DNA of 64,000 bases from Candidatus Aminicenantes bacterium. GTDB taxonomy: Bacteria > Acidobacteriota > Aminicenantia > Aminicenantales > Saccharicenantaceae. Positions 30,646 to 40,316 of the stretch are shown here, in pieces. The notes beneath the pieces were generated by a model that made no database searches, had not been told where the DNA came from, and saw only the letters and a program-made list of their open reading frames with translations. A program made the position numbers and the translations under genes. The DNA is taken from contig CAVWFA010000003.1 of assembly GCA_963754085.1 (NCBI GenBank), positions 391,854 to 455,853 of the forward strand, in the 5' to 3' direction. Every line of letters begins with the position of its first letter. Within the stretch, counting starts at the first letter, position 1.

Positions 30646-31380
30646 CCGGTCCTGCTCCCGAAGGGGGACACGTACCCGGGGTACATGTCCCCGTTCCGAT
30701 ACTCTTCGAGACGGACGATTACCTCGCCGTCGACAAGCCCGAGGGGGTCGTGTCCGTCGCCGAGGCGGGCCGGGGCGGCCTGCCGGAGCTCCTGACAGAC
30801 CATTATGCCGGTAAGCTCTTCCCCGTCCACCGCCTCGACCGCGGCGCCAGCGGTGTCATCGTCTTCGCCAAGACCGCCGAGGCCCATCGCGCGCTCAACG
30901 GCCAGTTCGACCGCCGGGAGGTCCACAAGACTTATCTCGCACTCGTCGACGGCGTCCCGGCCACGAACCGGGGCCAGATCAACGCCCCCATCCGCGAGTT
31001 CGGCTCCGGCCGCATGGGCGTCGACCCCAAGCGCGGCAAGCCCTCCTCGACCGAATGGAAGGTGGCCGAGCGGCTCGACGACGCGACCCTCCTGCGCGTC
31101 AGCCCCTTGACCGGCCGGCGCCACCAGATCCGCGTCCATCTCTATCACATCGGCCATCCCATCCTCGGCGACCTCCGCTACGGCGACAAGGCGCGCCAGG
31201 AGCGGGTCCCGCGGCTCATGCTCCACGCCCTCTCGCTCGAGTTCTCTCTCCCTTCGGGGGAGCGCCTGACCGTCGAAGCCCCGCCGCCGCCGTCCTTCGA
31301 GGAGGTCCTGGCGGGGATGAGGAAGGCCCGGCCGAGAGCGGAAAGGCCGCGACCAAAACCGAACAAAGGAAATCCTGATG
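30642..31380 (+). CDS. RluA-family pseudouridine synthase (3' end uncertain; the ORF as given has no stop until 31994)
   Basis: YLAVDKPEGVV, HRLDRGASGVIVFAK and HQIRVHL motifs. Family-like sequence ends near 31330. A TGATGA lies at 31376-31381, but in another frame. Confidence 0.75.
30664..30692 (-). repeat. Type-1 hairpin element (GGGGACACGTACC-N3-GGTACATGTCCCC) inside the 5' end of the RluA ORF
   Basis: Same sequence as 9708-9736 but in the opposite orientation (T:G pair on the minus strand). Confidence 0.9.
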
Positions 31381-34108
31381 AACCGCATCGCCCGCCGCCC
31401 CTCCGTCCTCCAGTTTGCCGGGATCGTGTCGCTCGCGGCCCTGGCCTCTTATCTCCTCCTCACCCCCGCCGCGGCCCTGCCCGGCGCGGACGCTGCCGCG
31501 GGCGCGGCCAAGAAAGCCGCCCTCAAGCCCACCGCCGACGGCGCCAGGGCCTTCGCCCACGTCCGCTATCTGGCCTCGAACGATCTCAAGGGCCGCAAAT
31601 CCGGCACCCCGGAATACCGCCGCGCCGCCGAGTACGTGGCCGCCGAGATGCAGAAGGCCGGCCTCCAGCCGGGCGGCGACAACGGCACCTGGTTCCAGGA
31701 AGTCCCGTTCAAGAGCTGGTCGGACTTCGAGCAGCCCCTCCGCCTCGAGATCGTCTCGCCGCAGCGTCGCGTCTATTTCGCCGGCCGGGGCCGCGACTTC
31801 ACGCCGGTCGTCGGCACGGGCTCGGGCGCTGTTCGCGGCGGGCTCGTCTTCGCCGGCTACGGCGTCGCCGCCGGGAAGGACGGCTGGGACGACTACGCCG
31901 GGCTCGACGTCAAGGGCAAGATCGTCCTGCTCCTGCCGGACCTTCCCGCCTCCCTCGGAGACGACGCCAAGGCGGCTTGGACCTTCGAGAATAAGGTGAA
32001 GACCGCGGCCGCGAACGGCGCCGTCGGCCTCATCGAGATGGACCTCTCGACCCCCGGCGAGCCCCGCCGGCCCGGCGCCTCGCGCCAGCGCCCGGGCTTC
32101 CTCCGCGCCGGCCAGGCGCCGGAGGGCTTCGTCGTCCTGCGGGCCGGCCGCGACTTCCTCAACGACGCCTTCTATGCCGCCGGCAAGAGCTGGCGCGACC
32201 TCGTCAGCAAGACGCTCCGCCTGAAAAAGCCCTTCACCGCCGACGTCGGCGTCGAGGTCGAGATGGAAGCCCATTACGTCTCGGGCGAGCGGACGGCCCC
32301 GAACGTCGTCGGCATTTGGCCGGGCTCGGACCCCAAGCTCAAGGCCGAGGCCATCGTCATGGGCGGCCACCTCGACCACCTCGGCGTCGGCCTGGACGGC
32401 TGGATCTACCCGGGCGCGGACGACAACGCCACATCGGCCGCCACGGTCCTCGAGACGGCCCGGGCCCTGCGCGACGCCGGCTTCAAGCCGGCCCGGACCA
32501 TCGTCTTCGGCGCCTGGGCCGGCGAGGAGATGGGTCTCCAGGGCTCGCGCTGGTACACCGAACACCCGGTCATCCCCCTCGACAAGACCGTCCTTTATAT
32601 GAACATCGACATGGTCGGGACGGGCGACAGCGACCTCCTCGTGGGCGGCATGACCGAGTTCGCCGAGCTCTACGAGATCGTCAAGAAGGGCCTCGACCCG
32701 GTCGACGATCGCCAAGCTCAAGCCCCGGCCGAACTACCGCGGCTCCGACCACACCTCGTTCTGGGGCAAGAACGTCCCGGCCGTCAGCCTGCGCACGGGC
32801 GAGGTCCTGACCGAGAAGCTCGACGACGAGCACCCCGAGTACCACATGCCGGGCGACGGGCCGGGCACGATCGACCCCGAGCGCCTGCGCCAGGCCGGCC
32901 AGTATCACTGCGACGTCCTCCGGCACCTGGCGACCACCCGGGAGAACCTGCTCGACCCCCTCTTCCGGACGCTCTTCCTCCACCGCGACGCCATGGTCGT
33001 CGACATGCACTGCGACACGATCGGCCGGGCCCTGGCCGGCGAGGACCTGACGAAGGACCTGCCCAAGGGGCACATCGACATCCCCAAGCTCGAGCGCGGC
33101 GGCGTCGACCTCCAGGTCTTCGCCTGCTTCGCCCCGCCGCCGGCGAACGACCTCGAGAAGGCGAAGTCGGCCAACGGCGTTTTCGCCCAGATCGAGGCGG
33201 TCCGCGCGCTCGTCGACAGGAACCCCGACGACCTGGCCCTGGTCCTGTCCCCGCTCGACGCCAACGCCGCGAAGAACGAGAAGACCGGCGCGCTCATCGC
33301 CATCGAGGGCGGCTACGCCATCGAGAACGATCTCGTCCTCCTGCGGGAGTTCCACCGGGCCGGGGTGCGGCTGATGACGCTGACCCATTGGACGGCGACG
33401 GATTGGGCCGACGCCTCGGGCGATCCCCAGCCGGTCCACGGCGGGCTGACCGAGTTCGGCGAGAAGGTCGTGGCCGAGATGAACCGGCTGGGCATGATCA
33501 TCGACGTCTCCCACGCCGGCGACGAGACCTTTTGGGACGTGTTGAAGCTGTCCAAAGCGCCGGTCGTGGCCTCGCATTCGGCCTGCCGGGCGCTCTCTCC
33601 TCATCATCGGAATTTGAGCGACGAGATGCTCAAGGCCCTGGCGGAGAAGAACGGCCTCATCGGCATCACGGTGCTGCCCGGCTTCCTGAACAGCGCGCTC
33701 GAGGGGAAGCAGGACGAGCTCTACGACAAGGTCGCGGCCGAGCACGGCCTGCCCGCGGATTACCAGGCCATCGGCAAGGCCGAGCCGGCCAAGCGCGATG
33801 CCTTCTATGCCGACTTCGAGAAGCGCTGGGCGGCGCTCAAGAAGACGCTCCCCGTGGTGGACGTCAAGACCGTGGTCGACCACATCGACCACGTCGTCAA
33901 GGTCACCGGCGACTGCGACCACGTCGGCCTGGGCTCGGACTACGACGGGACGGGCGACACGCCGGCCGGGCTCGAGAATATCGGCCTCATTCCGAACATC
34001 ACCAAGGAGCTCGTCCGCCGCGGCTACAAGCCCGAGGACATCCGCAAGATCCTCGGCGCGAACTTCCTCCGCGTCTTCGCCGCCGTCGACCAGGCTAAAG
34101 AAAAGTAA
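31378..34108 (+). CDS. Exported M28 aminopeptidase (PA domain) fused in-frame to an M19 (renal-type) dipeptidase; one frame break near 32700
   Basis: M28 motifs: GGHLDH, DDNATS, GEEMGLQGS, and after the shift NYRGSDHTSFW..EYHMPGD. There is no stop before the M19 motifs (VVDMHCDT, RLMTLTHW, IIDVSHAG, SHSACRAL..HHRNL, GLGSDYDG). Confidence 0.7.
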
Positions 34109-34247
34109 TGGGGTCGGACCTCAGGAATAGACTTATTTATCAATTACTTAAGCCTGTTTTTTTAACTCTAAAAGGCTTAAAACCGGTGTTTTTGGCCTCA
34201 AAAACGAAGAGTTCGACTCTCTTTGTTTGAGCCGGAAGGGTTTTTTT
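34107..34247 (+). repeat. AT-rich structured intergenic element, copy X (starts AATGGGGTCGGACCTCAG)
   Basis: About 100 nt at roughly 70% identity to the reverse complement of 63324-63424. Contains GTTTTTG/CAAAAAC and AAGAG-TTCGACT-CTCTT hairpins and a T7 run. Confidence 0.7.
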
Positions 34248-34326
34248 GCTATTTTGTGTGTCCATGAGATCATCAACCTTCAGCACTTCTAAGGCTTCTT
34301 AGCGTCGCCGGCGACATTTTCCGCCT

Positions 34327-35883
34327 ATGGACCCCGATACGACAAACCCCGTCGAATTCGAGGCGCCGGTCATTCTCGACCGCGGCCGCCACCGCATCTC
34401 CCGGCGCGATATCGATCCCGACTGCCTCAAGGTCCTCTACCGCCTGAACGCCCAGGGCTATACGGCCTTCCTCGTCGGCGGGGCCGTCCGGGACCTGTTG
34501 CTCGGCCGCAAGCCGGCCGACTTCGACGTCAGCACCAACGCCCACCCCAACCAGATCAAGAAGCTCTTCCGCAACGCCTTCCTCATCGGACGGCGCTTCC
34601 GGCTGGCCCACGTCCGGTTCCAGGGCGGGAAGATCATCGAGGTGTCGACCTTCCGCCGCAAGCCCGACGAGGAGGAGCTCGCCGCCGAGCGCGAAGAGGA
34701 AGCCGCGCGCGCCACCGAAGCCGCGGCGAGGGCGGAAAGCGGCGAGGCTGTGGAGGGCCAGGGGGCGGAAGAAGACGCATCGGAGGACAAGAGGGACAGT
34801 CCCCTCCAGGGACGGTCCCCGGAGGAAGAACAGACGTTCGCCGCCGGCGCGGAGCCCGGCGCCGCGATCACCGAGGGGCCCGATCTCCCCGACGCCCCGG
34901 ATGACCTCCCGGCGGAGCCGCTCGCCGAAGGCGCTGAGCCCGCCGCCGCGGGCGGTCCAGGCAGGCGCCGCGGCCGCCCGCCGCTCAAGCCCATCGCCTA
35001 CGGCACGCCCCGCGAGGACGCCTTCCGCCGCGACCTGACCATCAACGCCCTGTTCTACGACATCGCCACCTATTCCGTCATCGACTACGTCGGCGGCCTC
35101 GACGACCTCGCGGCCGGCCGCGTCCGCATCATCGGCGACCCGGACACAAGCTACGTCGAGGACCCGGTCCGCATCTGGCGCGTCCTGCGCCACTCCTCCC
35201 GGCTGGGATTCACGATCGAGGAGCGGACGGCCGAGGCCATCGCCCGCCATGCTCACCTGCTCCAGGCCTGCCCCGGCTCCCGCCTCTATGAGGAGCTCAA
35301 CAAGGACATGAAGTCGGGCAACGTCGGGCCGTTCTTCCAGGCCGCGCGCCGCCACGGCCTCCTGCCCCGCTTCCTCGGCGAGGTCGGCGAGCTCTACCAG
35401 GCCTCGGACGAGGCCTTCGAGAAGGTCGTCTTCCTCCTCGGCGCGCTCGACGCCTCGATCCGCGGCGGCGGCTCCCCGCCGGCCGAAGTGGCCTACGGGC
35501 TCCTGCTCTGGCCCTGGGCCGAGCCGCAGCTCGCCGGTATCGAGGGCGACAAGCCCAAGGTCCTTTACGACGCCTTCCGGAGCTCCAAGGCCGCGGCCAC
35601 CGTCCCGAAATCCCTGCTCCTCGAGGCCGTCCACACCCTGGCCATCGTCGAGCACATGCTCCAGTCCCTGACCGACGGCAAGATGCGGTGGGCCCTCAAG
35701 ACCCGCCCCCGCTATCCGGAGGCCTCGCGGATCGCGTCGCTTCTCTTCGAGGGCACCTTCGGCGATTGCGACGATCCGTTCGCGGTCATCTACCGCGACC
35801 GCTTCGGCACCCGGCCCCGGTCCCAGCCCCACCGGCATCGCCGCCGCAAGAAGCCGGTGGTCCCGCCGCCGCCTCCGGAATAA
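34327..35883 (+). CDS. pcnB: Poly(A) polymerase I / CCA-adding-enzyme-family nucleotidyltransferase with a large acidic insertion
   Basis: LVGGAVRDLLLGR.P.DFDV, IGRRFRLAHV and ..EDA.RRDLTINALFYD motifs. A low-complexity E/A-rich segment of about 110 aa lies between them. Confidence 0.8.
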   Translation: MDPDTTNPVEFEAPVILDRGRHRISRRDIDPDCLKVLYRLNAQGYTAFLVGGAVRDLLLGRKPADFDVSTNAHPNQIKKLFRNAFLIGRRFRLAHVRFQGGKIIEVSTFRRKPDEEELAAEREEEAARATEAAARAESGEAVEGQGAEEDASEDKRDSPLQGRSPEEEQTFAAGAEPGAAITEGPDLPDAPDDLPAEPLAEGAEPAAAGGPGRRRGRPPLKPIAYGTPREDAFRRDLTINALFYDIATYSVIDYVGGLDDLAAGRVRIIGDPDTSYVEDPVRIWRVLRHSSRLGFTIEERTAEAIARHAHLLQACPGSRLYEELNKDMKSGNVGPFFQAARRHGLLPRFLGEVGELYQASDEAFEKVVFLLGALDASIRGGGSPPAEVAYGLLLWPWAEPQLAGIEGDKPKVLYDAFRSSKAAATVPKSLLLEAVHTLAIVEHMLQSLTDGKMRWALKTRPRYPEASRIASLLFEGTFGDCDDPFAVIYRDRFGTRPRSQPHRHRRRKKPVVPPPPPE

Positions 35884-35903
35884 CCGCAGAAAAGGAGATC
35901 CCC

Positions 35904-37178
35904 ATGGCGAACGCCCGTCCCGACACATTGACCCTCGGCGGCTGGACGATCCGCCGCGTCCTGAGCTTCATCGCCGGCCTGGGCATGATCGTCGCTTCGG
36001 TCATGACCATCCGGCACTTCTTCATGGCCAACTACCCCAAGACGATCTTCGCCGGCTCCTTCTGCGACATCAGCGCCTTCTTCAACTGCGACAGCTCGGC
36101 CTTCTCGTCCATCTCGCAGATCATGGGCATCCCCCTCGGGTTCTTCGGCATGTTCATGGGCGCCCTGACCGTCCTGGGGACGATCTTCCCGTCGGAGGCC
36201 TTCGAGCGCACCAACAAGTCGCTCTCGCTCGCCAACGTCGCCGGCGTCGTCACGCTCTTCCTCTACTCGGTCTTCCACCTCGGCAGCCTGTGCCTGCTCT
36301 GCTCGGGCTTCTACCTCTTCTCCATCCTGAGCTTCGTCCTGTTCGCCCTCTACGGCATCGACCGCGAGGTCCGGAACCCGGTCCGGCGCTGGGTCCGGCC
36401 GTCGATCAAGCTCCTCGCCGTCTTCGCCGTCGTCGCCGCGGCCGGCGCCTACGGCATGATCGAGTACCACAACGCCCGCAAGGCCGCGCAGACCGGCACG
36501 TCCGTCAACATCGTCAAGCAATTCTTCGGGCTGCCCAAGGTCGCCTCGCCCTCCTTCCTCTCGCCCTACTGGTCGGTGAAGTCGACCGACACGTTCGAGG
36601 AGGCGGCCATCCAGGTCATCGAGTACACGGACTTCATGTGCCCCGACTGCCTCTACCTCAGCCAGCAGCTGGAGAAGCTCAAGGTCGAGTTCGCCGGCAA
36701 GATGAACGTGGCCATCCAGTTCTTCCCGCTCGACGGCGCCTGCAACACGGTCGTCCCGGAGAAGGCCAACCTCCATCCCGGCGCCTGCGAGCTGACCTAC
36801 ATCGCCGCCGGCAACCCGGCCCGCTTCCCCGAGATGCACGACGAGATCTGGGCCAACTTCAGCTCCCGCAAGGACCCGGCCTGGCGCGCCGCCCTGGCCA
36901 AGAAGTACGGCACGGAGGGCGCGGCGGGCGACCCGGCCCTCAAGGACCTGATCACGCGGATCATCGACACCGGGGCCGAGTACGAGAAGACCTCGGAGAA
37001 GTTCTCGCACGGCATCCGCTCGACGCCGACCATGATCATCAACAACCGGATGATCATCGGCACGCTGCCCTACGACCACCTGAAGGCCATCTTCCAGGCC
37101 CTGGTCGAGGAGCGCGAGGGCGGCCCGAAGACGTTCATCGAGAACTGGGTCGAGCCGGTCCGGAAGAAAAAGAAATAG
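35904..37178 (+). CDS. VKOR (vitamin K epoxide reductase family) membrane domain fused to a DsbA/thioredoxin-like domain
   Basis: FCDISAFFNCDS loop cysteines, CLLC in a TM helix, then C-terminal YTDFMCPDC. ATG 35904 follows AAAGGAG. Confidence 0.85.
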   Translation: MANARPDTLTLGGWTIRRVLSFIAGLGMIVASVMTIRHFFMANYPKTIFAGSFCDISAFFNCDSSAFSSISQIMGIPLGFFGMFMGALTVLGTIFPSEAFERTNKSLSLANVAGVVTLFLYSVFHLGSLCLLCSGFYLFSILSFVLFALYGIDREVRNPVRRWVRPSIKLLAVFAVVAAAGAYGMIEYHNARKAAQTGTSVNIVKQFFGLPKVASPSFLSPYWSVKSTDTFEEAAIQVIEYTDFMCPDCLYLSQQLEKLKVEFAGKMNVAIQFFPLDGACNTVVPEKANLHPGACELTYIAAGNPARFPEMHDEIWANFSSRKDPAWRAALAKKYGTEGAAGDPALKDLITRIIDTGAEYEKTSEKFSHGIRSTPTMIINNRMIIGTLPYDHLKAIFQALVEEREGGPKTFIENWVEPVRKKKK

Positions 37179-37188
37179 GGCCGCGGAC

Positions 37189-38812
37189 ATGTCGCCGACC
37201 GGCCGTCGCTTCGCGGCCGCTGCGGCAGCGGGGCTGATCGGCCTGGCCCTCCTCCGCGCTTCCGGGACGCGTCGTCTCCGCCGCTCAGGAGAAGACCGTC
37301 GACCTCCGCTCGGTCGAAAGCGCGGCCGAATACCGGACCGACGAGCCCGAGGGTCCGGGTTTCCTCGGCAGCGACGCCGCGGTCCTCAACCGGTGCCTGG
37401 CCCGCATCAACAAGGCCCTCGGGACGGACCTCCGCCCCGACAATCGCCTGGGCCGGCTGGCCCGGTGGGTTTACGAGCAGCTCGGCCCGGACTACGCCAT
37501 GCCCTCGCAGGCCGCGATGGACGTTCTCACCCACAGGCTCGGCCTCCCCGAGCCGCTGCCTCACCTGCTCGTGACCAACGCCCCGGACGCGCCCCGGGCG
37601 GCCAACGTCGTCTCGTCGCGCCTGGCCCGGCTGTTCAACATCACGGGCTACACCCACATCGGCGGCGTCGCCGAGCGGCAGGCGGGCGGGATCGTCGTGG
37701 TCGTCGCCGTCAGCCGCAGGCGTCTGACCATGGCGCCCGTGCCGCGCCGCCTGGACGGTCCGTGGACGATCAAGCTCGAAGGCCGCCTGGCCGGGGAGTT
37801 CCGGAAGCCGGAGCTGGCCCACACCCTGCCCGACGGCCGGACACGAATGGAACCCCTGGGCGAGGGACCGAGCTTCAGCCGGACGATCGCTCTCTCGGAG
37901 AGGGGCCGGCACCGGCTCGAGATCCTGGCCGAAGGCCCGGACGGGCCGAACGTCCTGGCCAACTTCCCGGTGTTCGTCGGGGTCCCGGTCGACGAGAGCG
38001 CCGCGGCCGGACCGCCGCGGGGAAAGGCCGTCCGCGCCGTCGAGGTCCAGGACATCCTGCTCGAGCTCATCAACGCGGACCGGGTCGAGGCCGGCCTCGA
38101 GCCTCTCGCGCCGGACCTCGAGCTCGCCGAGCTCGCGCTGCGGCACAGCGAGGACATGCGCGAGAACGATTTCGTCGCCCATGTCTCGCCGACGGCGGGG
38201 GCCACGGACGAGCGCCTGGCCCGGGCCGGCGTCGTGACCGACCTGGCCGCGGAGAACGTCGGCAAGGGCTACGGCGCCGAAGAGATCCACCGGGGGTTCA
38301 TGGAGAGCCCCGGGCATCGCGGCGCGGTCCTGCTGGCCGGGGCGACCCATGTCGGGATCGGCGTCGCGTCCAAGAAAGAGGGCGACCTCACGACCTACTT
38401 CGCGACCGAGGTCTTCATCCGGCGCATCCCGCCGCTCCGGTCCGACGCCAAGACCGTCTTCCACATGGAGCTCGACGGCCTCCGCGAGGCGGCCGGTCTC
38501 GGGCGGCTCGAAGAGGATTTCATCTTGACCGAGATCGCCGAGACGGCGGCCCGCGGCTACCTTCTCGACGCCTCACTCACCCGGGACGACGTCATGGACC
38601 GGCTGGCCAAGCGCATCGAGGACACCTATAAGAGGCGCGTGACGATGCAGGTCATCTTCACCGTCATCGGCTCGCTCGAGGACGGGGCCAAGCAGGCGGC
38701 GGCCGACCCGCGGACGGACAAGGCCCGGCGCGTCGGCATCGGCCTGGCCCAGGGCACCCGCCCCGGCCACGCCCCGAACTCGATCGTCCTCGTCCTCATC
38801 TACGCCGATTAG
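37189..38812 (+). CDS. Secreted CAP/SCP (YkwD-like) domain protein; frame break near 37268 between signal peptide and body
   Basis: The signal MSPTGRRFAAAAAAGLIGLALL is in frame 1. VVSAAQEKTVDL... through the CAP motifs (NADR..AGL.PL, HS.DM..NDFV.H, GEN) is in frame 2. Confidence 0.7.
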
Positions 38813-38952
38813 AAGTCCAGCCCGAATCGGACGTAAAACGCGGACGCACGGGCGCGAGCGGTCATAGGCGAGTGGCGCATCCGGCACGCTGTACGGGGGC
38901 CAGCGTGAACTATCGGACCGGGCCGCGGCGCCTGTCAACCGCCCGCCGCGGC

Positions 38953-40230
38953 CTAGGGCATGATCTTCAGCAGGCCGGCGGCCATCAGCATAACGGCGGC
39001 GGCCATGAAAGCGAAAGTCAGCCAGCCCACGACCGTCCGGAACGGCGAAGTCCGAAACTCCTTCACGATGCGCCGGTCCCGGGCCAGCCGGATGATGATG
39101 AAGATGAGGGGGACCGCCGCGACGCCGTTGACGATGGCCGCGAAGTACAGGGCCTGGATCGTGTTGATGCCCACGAGGTCCATCAGCAGCCCGACGACCA
39201 CGGCCAGGGCCAGCACGGAATAGAACCCCCTGGCTTTCGAGAATCGTTTGGCCAGGCCCTCCTTGATCCCCAGGGCGTCCGCCACGGCGTATCCGACAGA
39301 TCCGGCCAGGACGGGGACCGACTGCAGGCCGATCCCGATGATGCCGACCGAGAACAGCACGTAGGCCAGGTCGCCCGCCAAAGGACGGAGGGCCGCCGCG
39401 GCCTGCTGCGGCGTGTCGATGGACAGGATGCCGCTCCGGTGGAGGGTCGCCGCCGTGGTGATCAAAATGAAGAAGGTCATGACGTTCGAGAAGATCATGC
39501 CGATCCGGGTGTCCGTCCCCAGCGCCAGGATCTCCTGTCGCGTCACAGCCGGTTCGTCGTCGAAATCGGCGATCTTCGCTCCCGCGATCTCCTCCTCGAC
39601 CTCCTCGGAGGCCTGCCAGAAGAAGAGATAGGGCGAGATGGTCGTGCCGATGAAGCCGACCATGGTCATCACGAAGGCCGAGTTCAGGTCGACGTGAGGG
39701 ACGAGCGTCGCGGCCGCGACCGCGCCCCAGTCCTGCTTCGCCAGGATGGCCGTCGCGACGTAGGCCAGCAGGCTGAGCCCGAGCCATTTCAGGATGCGGG
39801 AATACCTCCGATAGGGCACGAGGATCTCGAGGGCGATGACGGCGATGGCCACAACGAAGAGCCAAAGGCGATAGGGCAGCCCGACGAGCATCCGCAGGGA
39901 CGCGGCCATGATGCCGAGGTCGGCGCCGATGTTGATCGTGTTGGCGACAACGAGGAGGCCCACGGCGAACCACATCAAGCGCCGGGAGTAATGGCGCTTG
40001 ATCACGGCGGCGAGACCCTCGCCCGTGACCAGCCCGAGGCGGCCGCACATCTCCTGGACGGCCACCATCGACGGGACGAGGAAAAGCGACATCCAGCTCA
40101 TCCGGTAGCCGAACTGGGCCCCGGCGATGGAGTAGGTGGCCACCCCGGACGGATCGTCGTCGGCGACGCCGGTGACGAAACCCGGCCCGACCTTCTTCAG
40201 GAACGCTTTCGCCCTGTCCCCGACGGCCAT
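38953..40230 (-). CDS. mntH: NRAMP-family divalent metal (Mn2+/Fe2+) transporter
   Basis: GPGFVTGVADDDPSGVATYS and MVAVQEMCGRLGLVTG motifs. Internal ATG 40230 chosen; the upstream extension is Arg/Pro junk. Confidence 0.9.
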   Translation of the reverse strand: MAVGDRAKAFLKKVGPGFVTGVADDDPSGVATYSIAGAQFGYRMSWMSLFLVPSMVAVQEMCGRLGLVTGEGLAAVIKRHYSRRLMWFAVGLLVVANTINIGADLGIMAASLRMLVGLPYRLWLFVVAIAVIALEILVPYRRYSRILKWLGLSLLAYVATAILAKQDWGAVAAATLVPHVDLNSAFVMTMVGFIGTTISPYLFFWQASEEVEEEIAGAKIADFDDEPAVTRQEILALGTDTRIGMIFSNVMTFFILITTAATLHRSGILSIDTPQQAAAALRPLAGDLAYVLFSVGIIGIGLQSVPVLAGSVGYAVADALGIKEGLAKRFSKARGFYSVLALAVVVGLLMDLVGINTIQALYFAAIVNGVAAVPLIFIIIRLARDRRIVKEFRTSPFRTVVGWLTFAFMAAAVMLMAAGLLKIMP

Positions 40231-40316
40231 GGGCCTATCATAGGATAAACAGGGCCCCGAGGGGAACAGGGTTCGGACGGCCAAGCCGGGCGCGTTCGAC
40301 TCTCCCGGTGCGCCGC

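Noticed and set aside
34198-34230. tRNA-like T-arm (AAGAG-TTCGACT-CTCTT) with a flanking acceptor-like stem.
   Set aside because: No D-arm or anticodon arm, and no 5' acceptor strand at tRNA distance. It folds as a single long hairpin within the AT-rich element, so it is not a tRNA gene.
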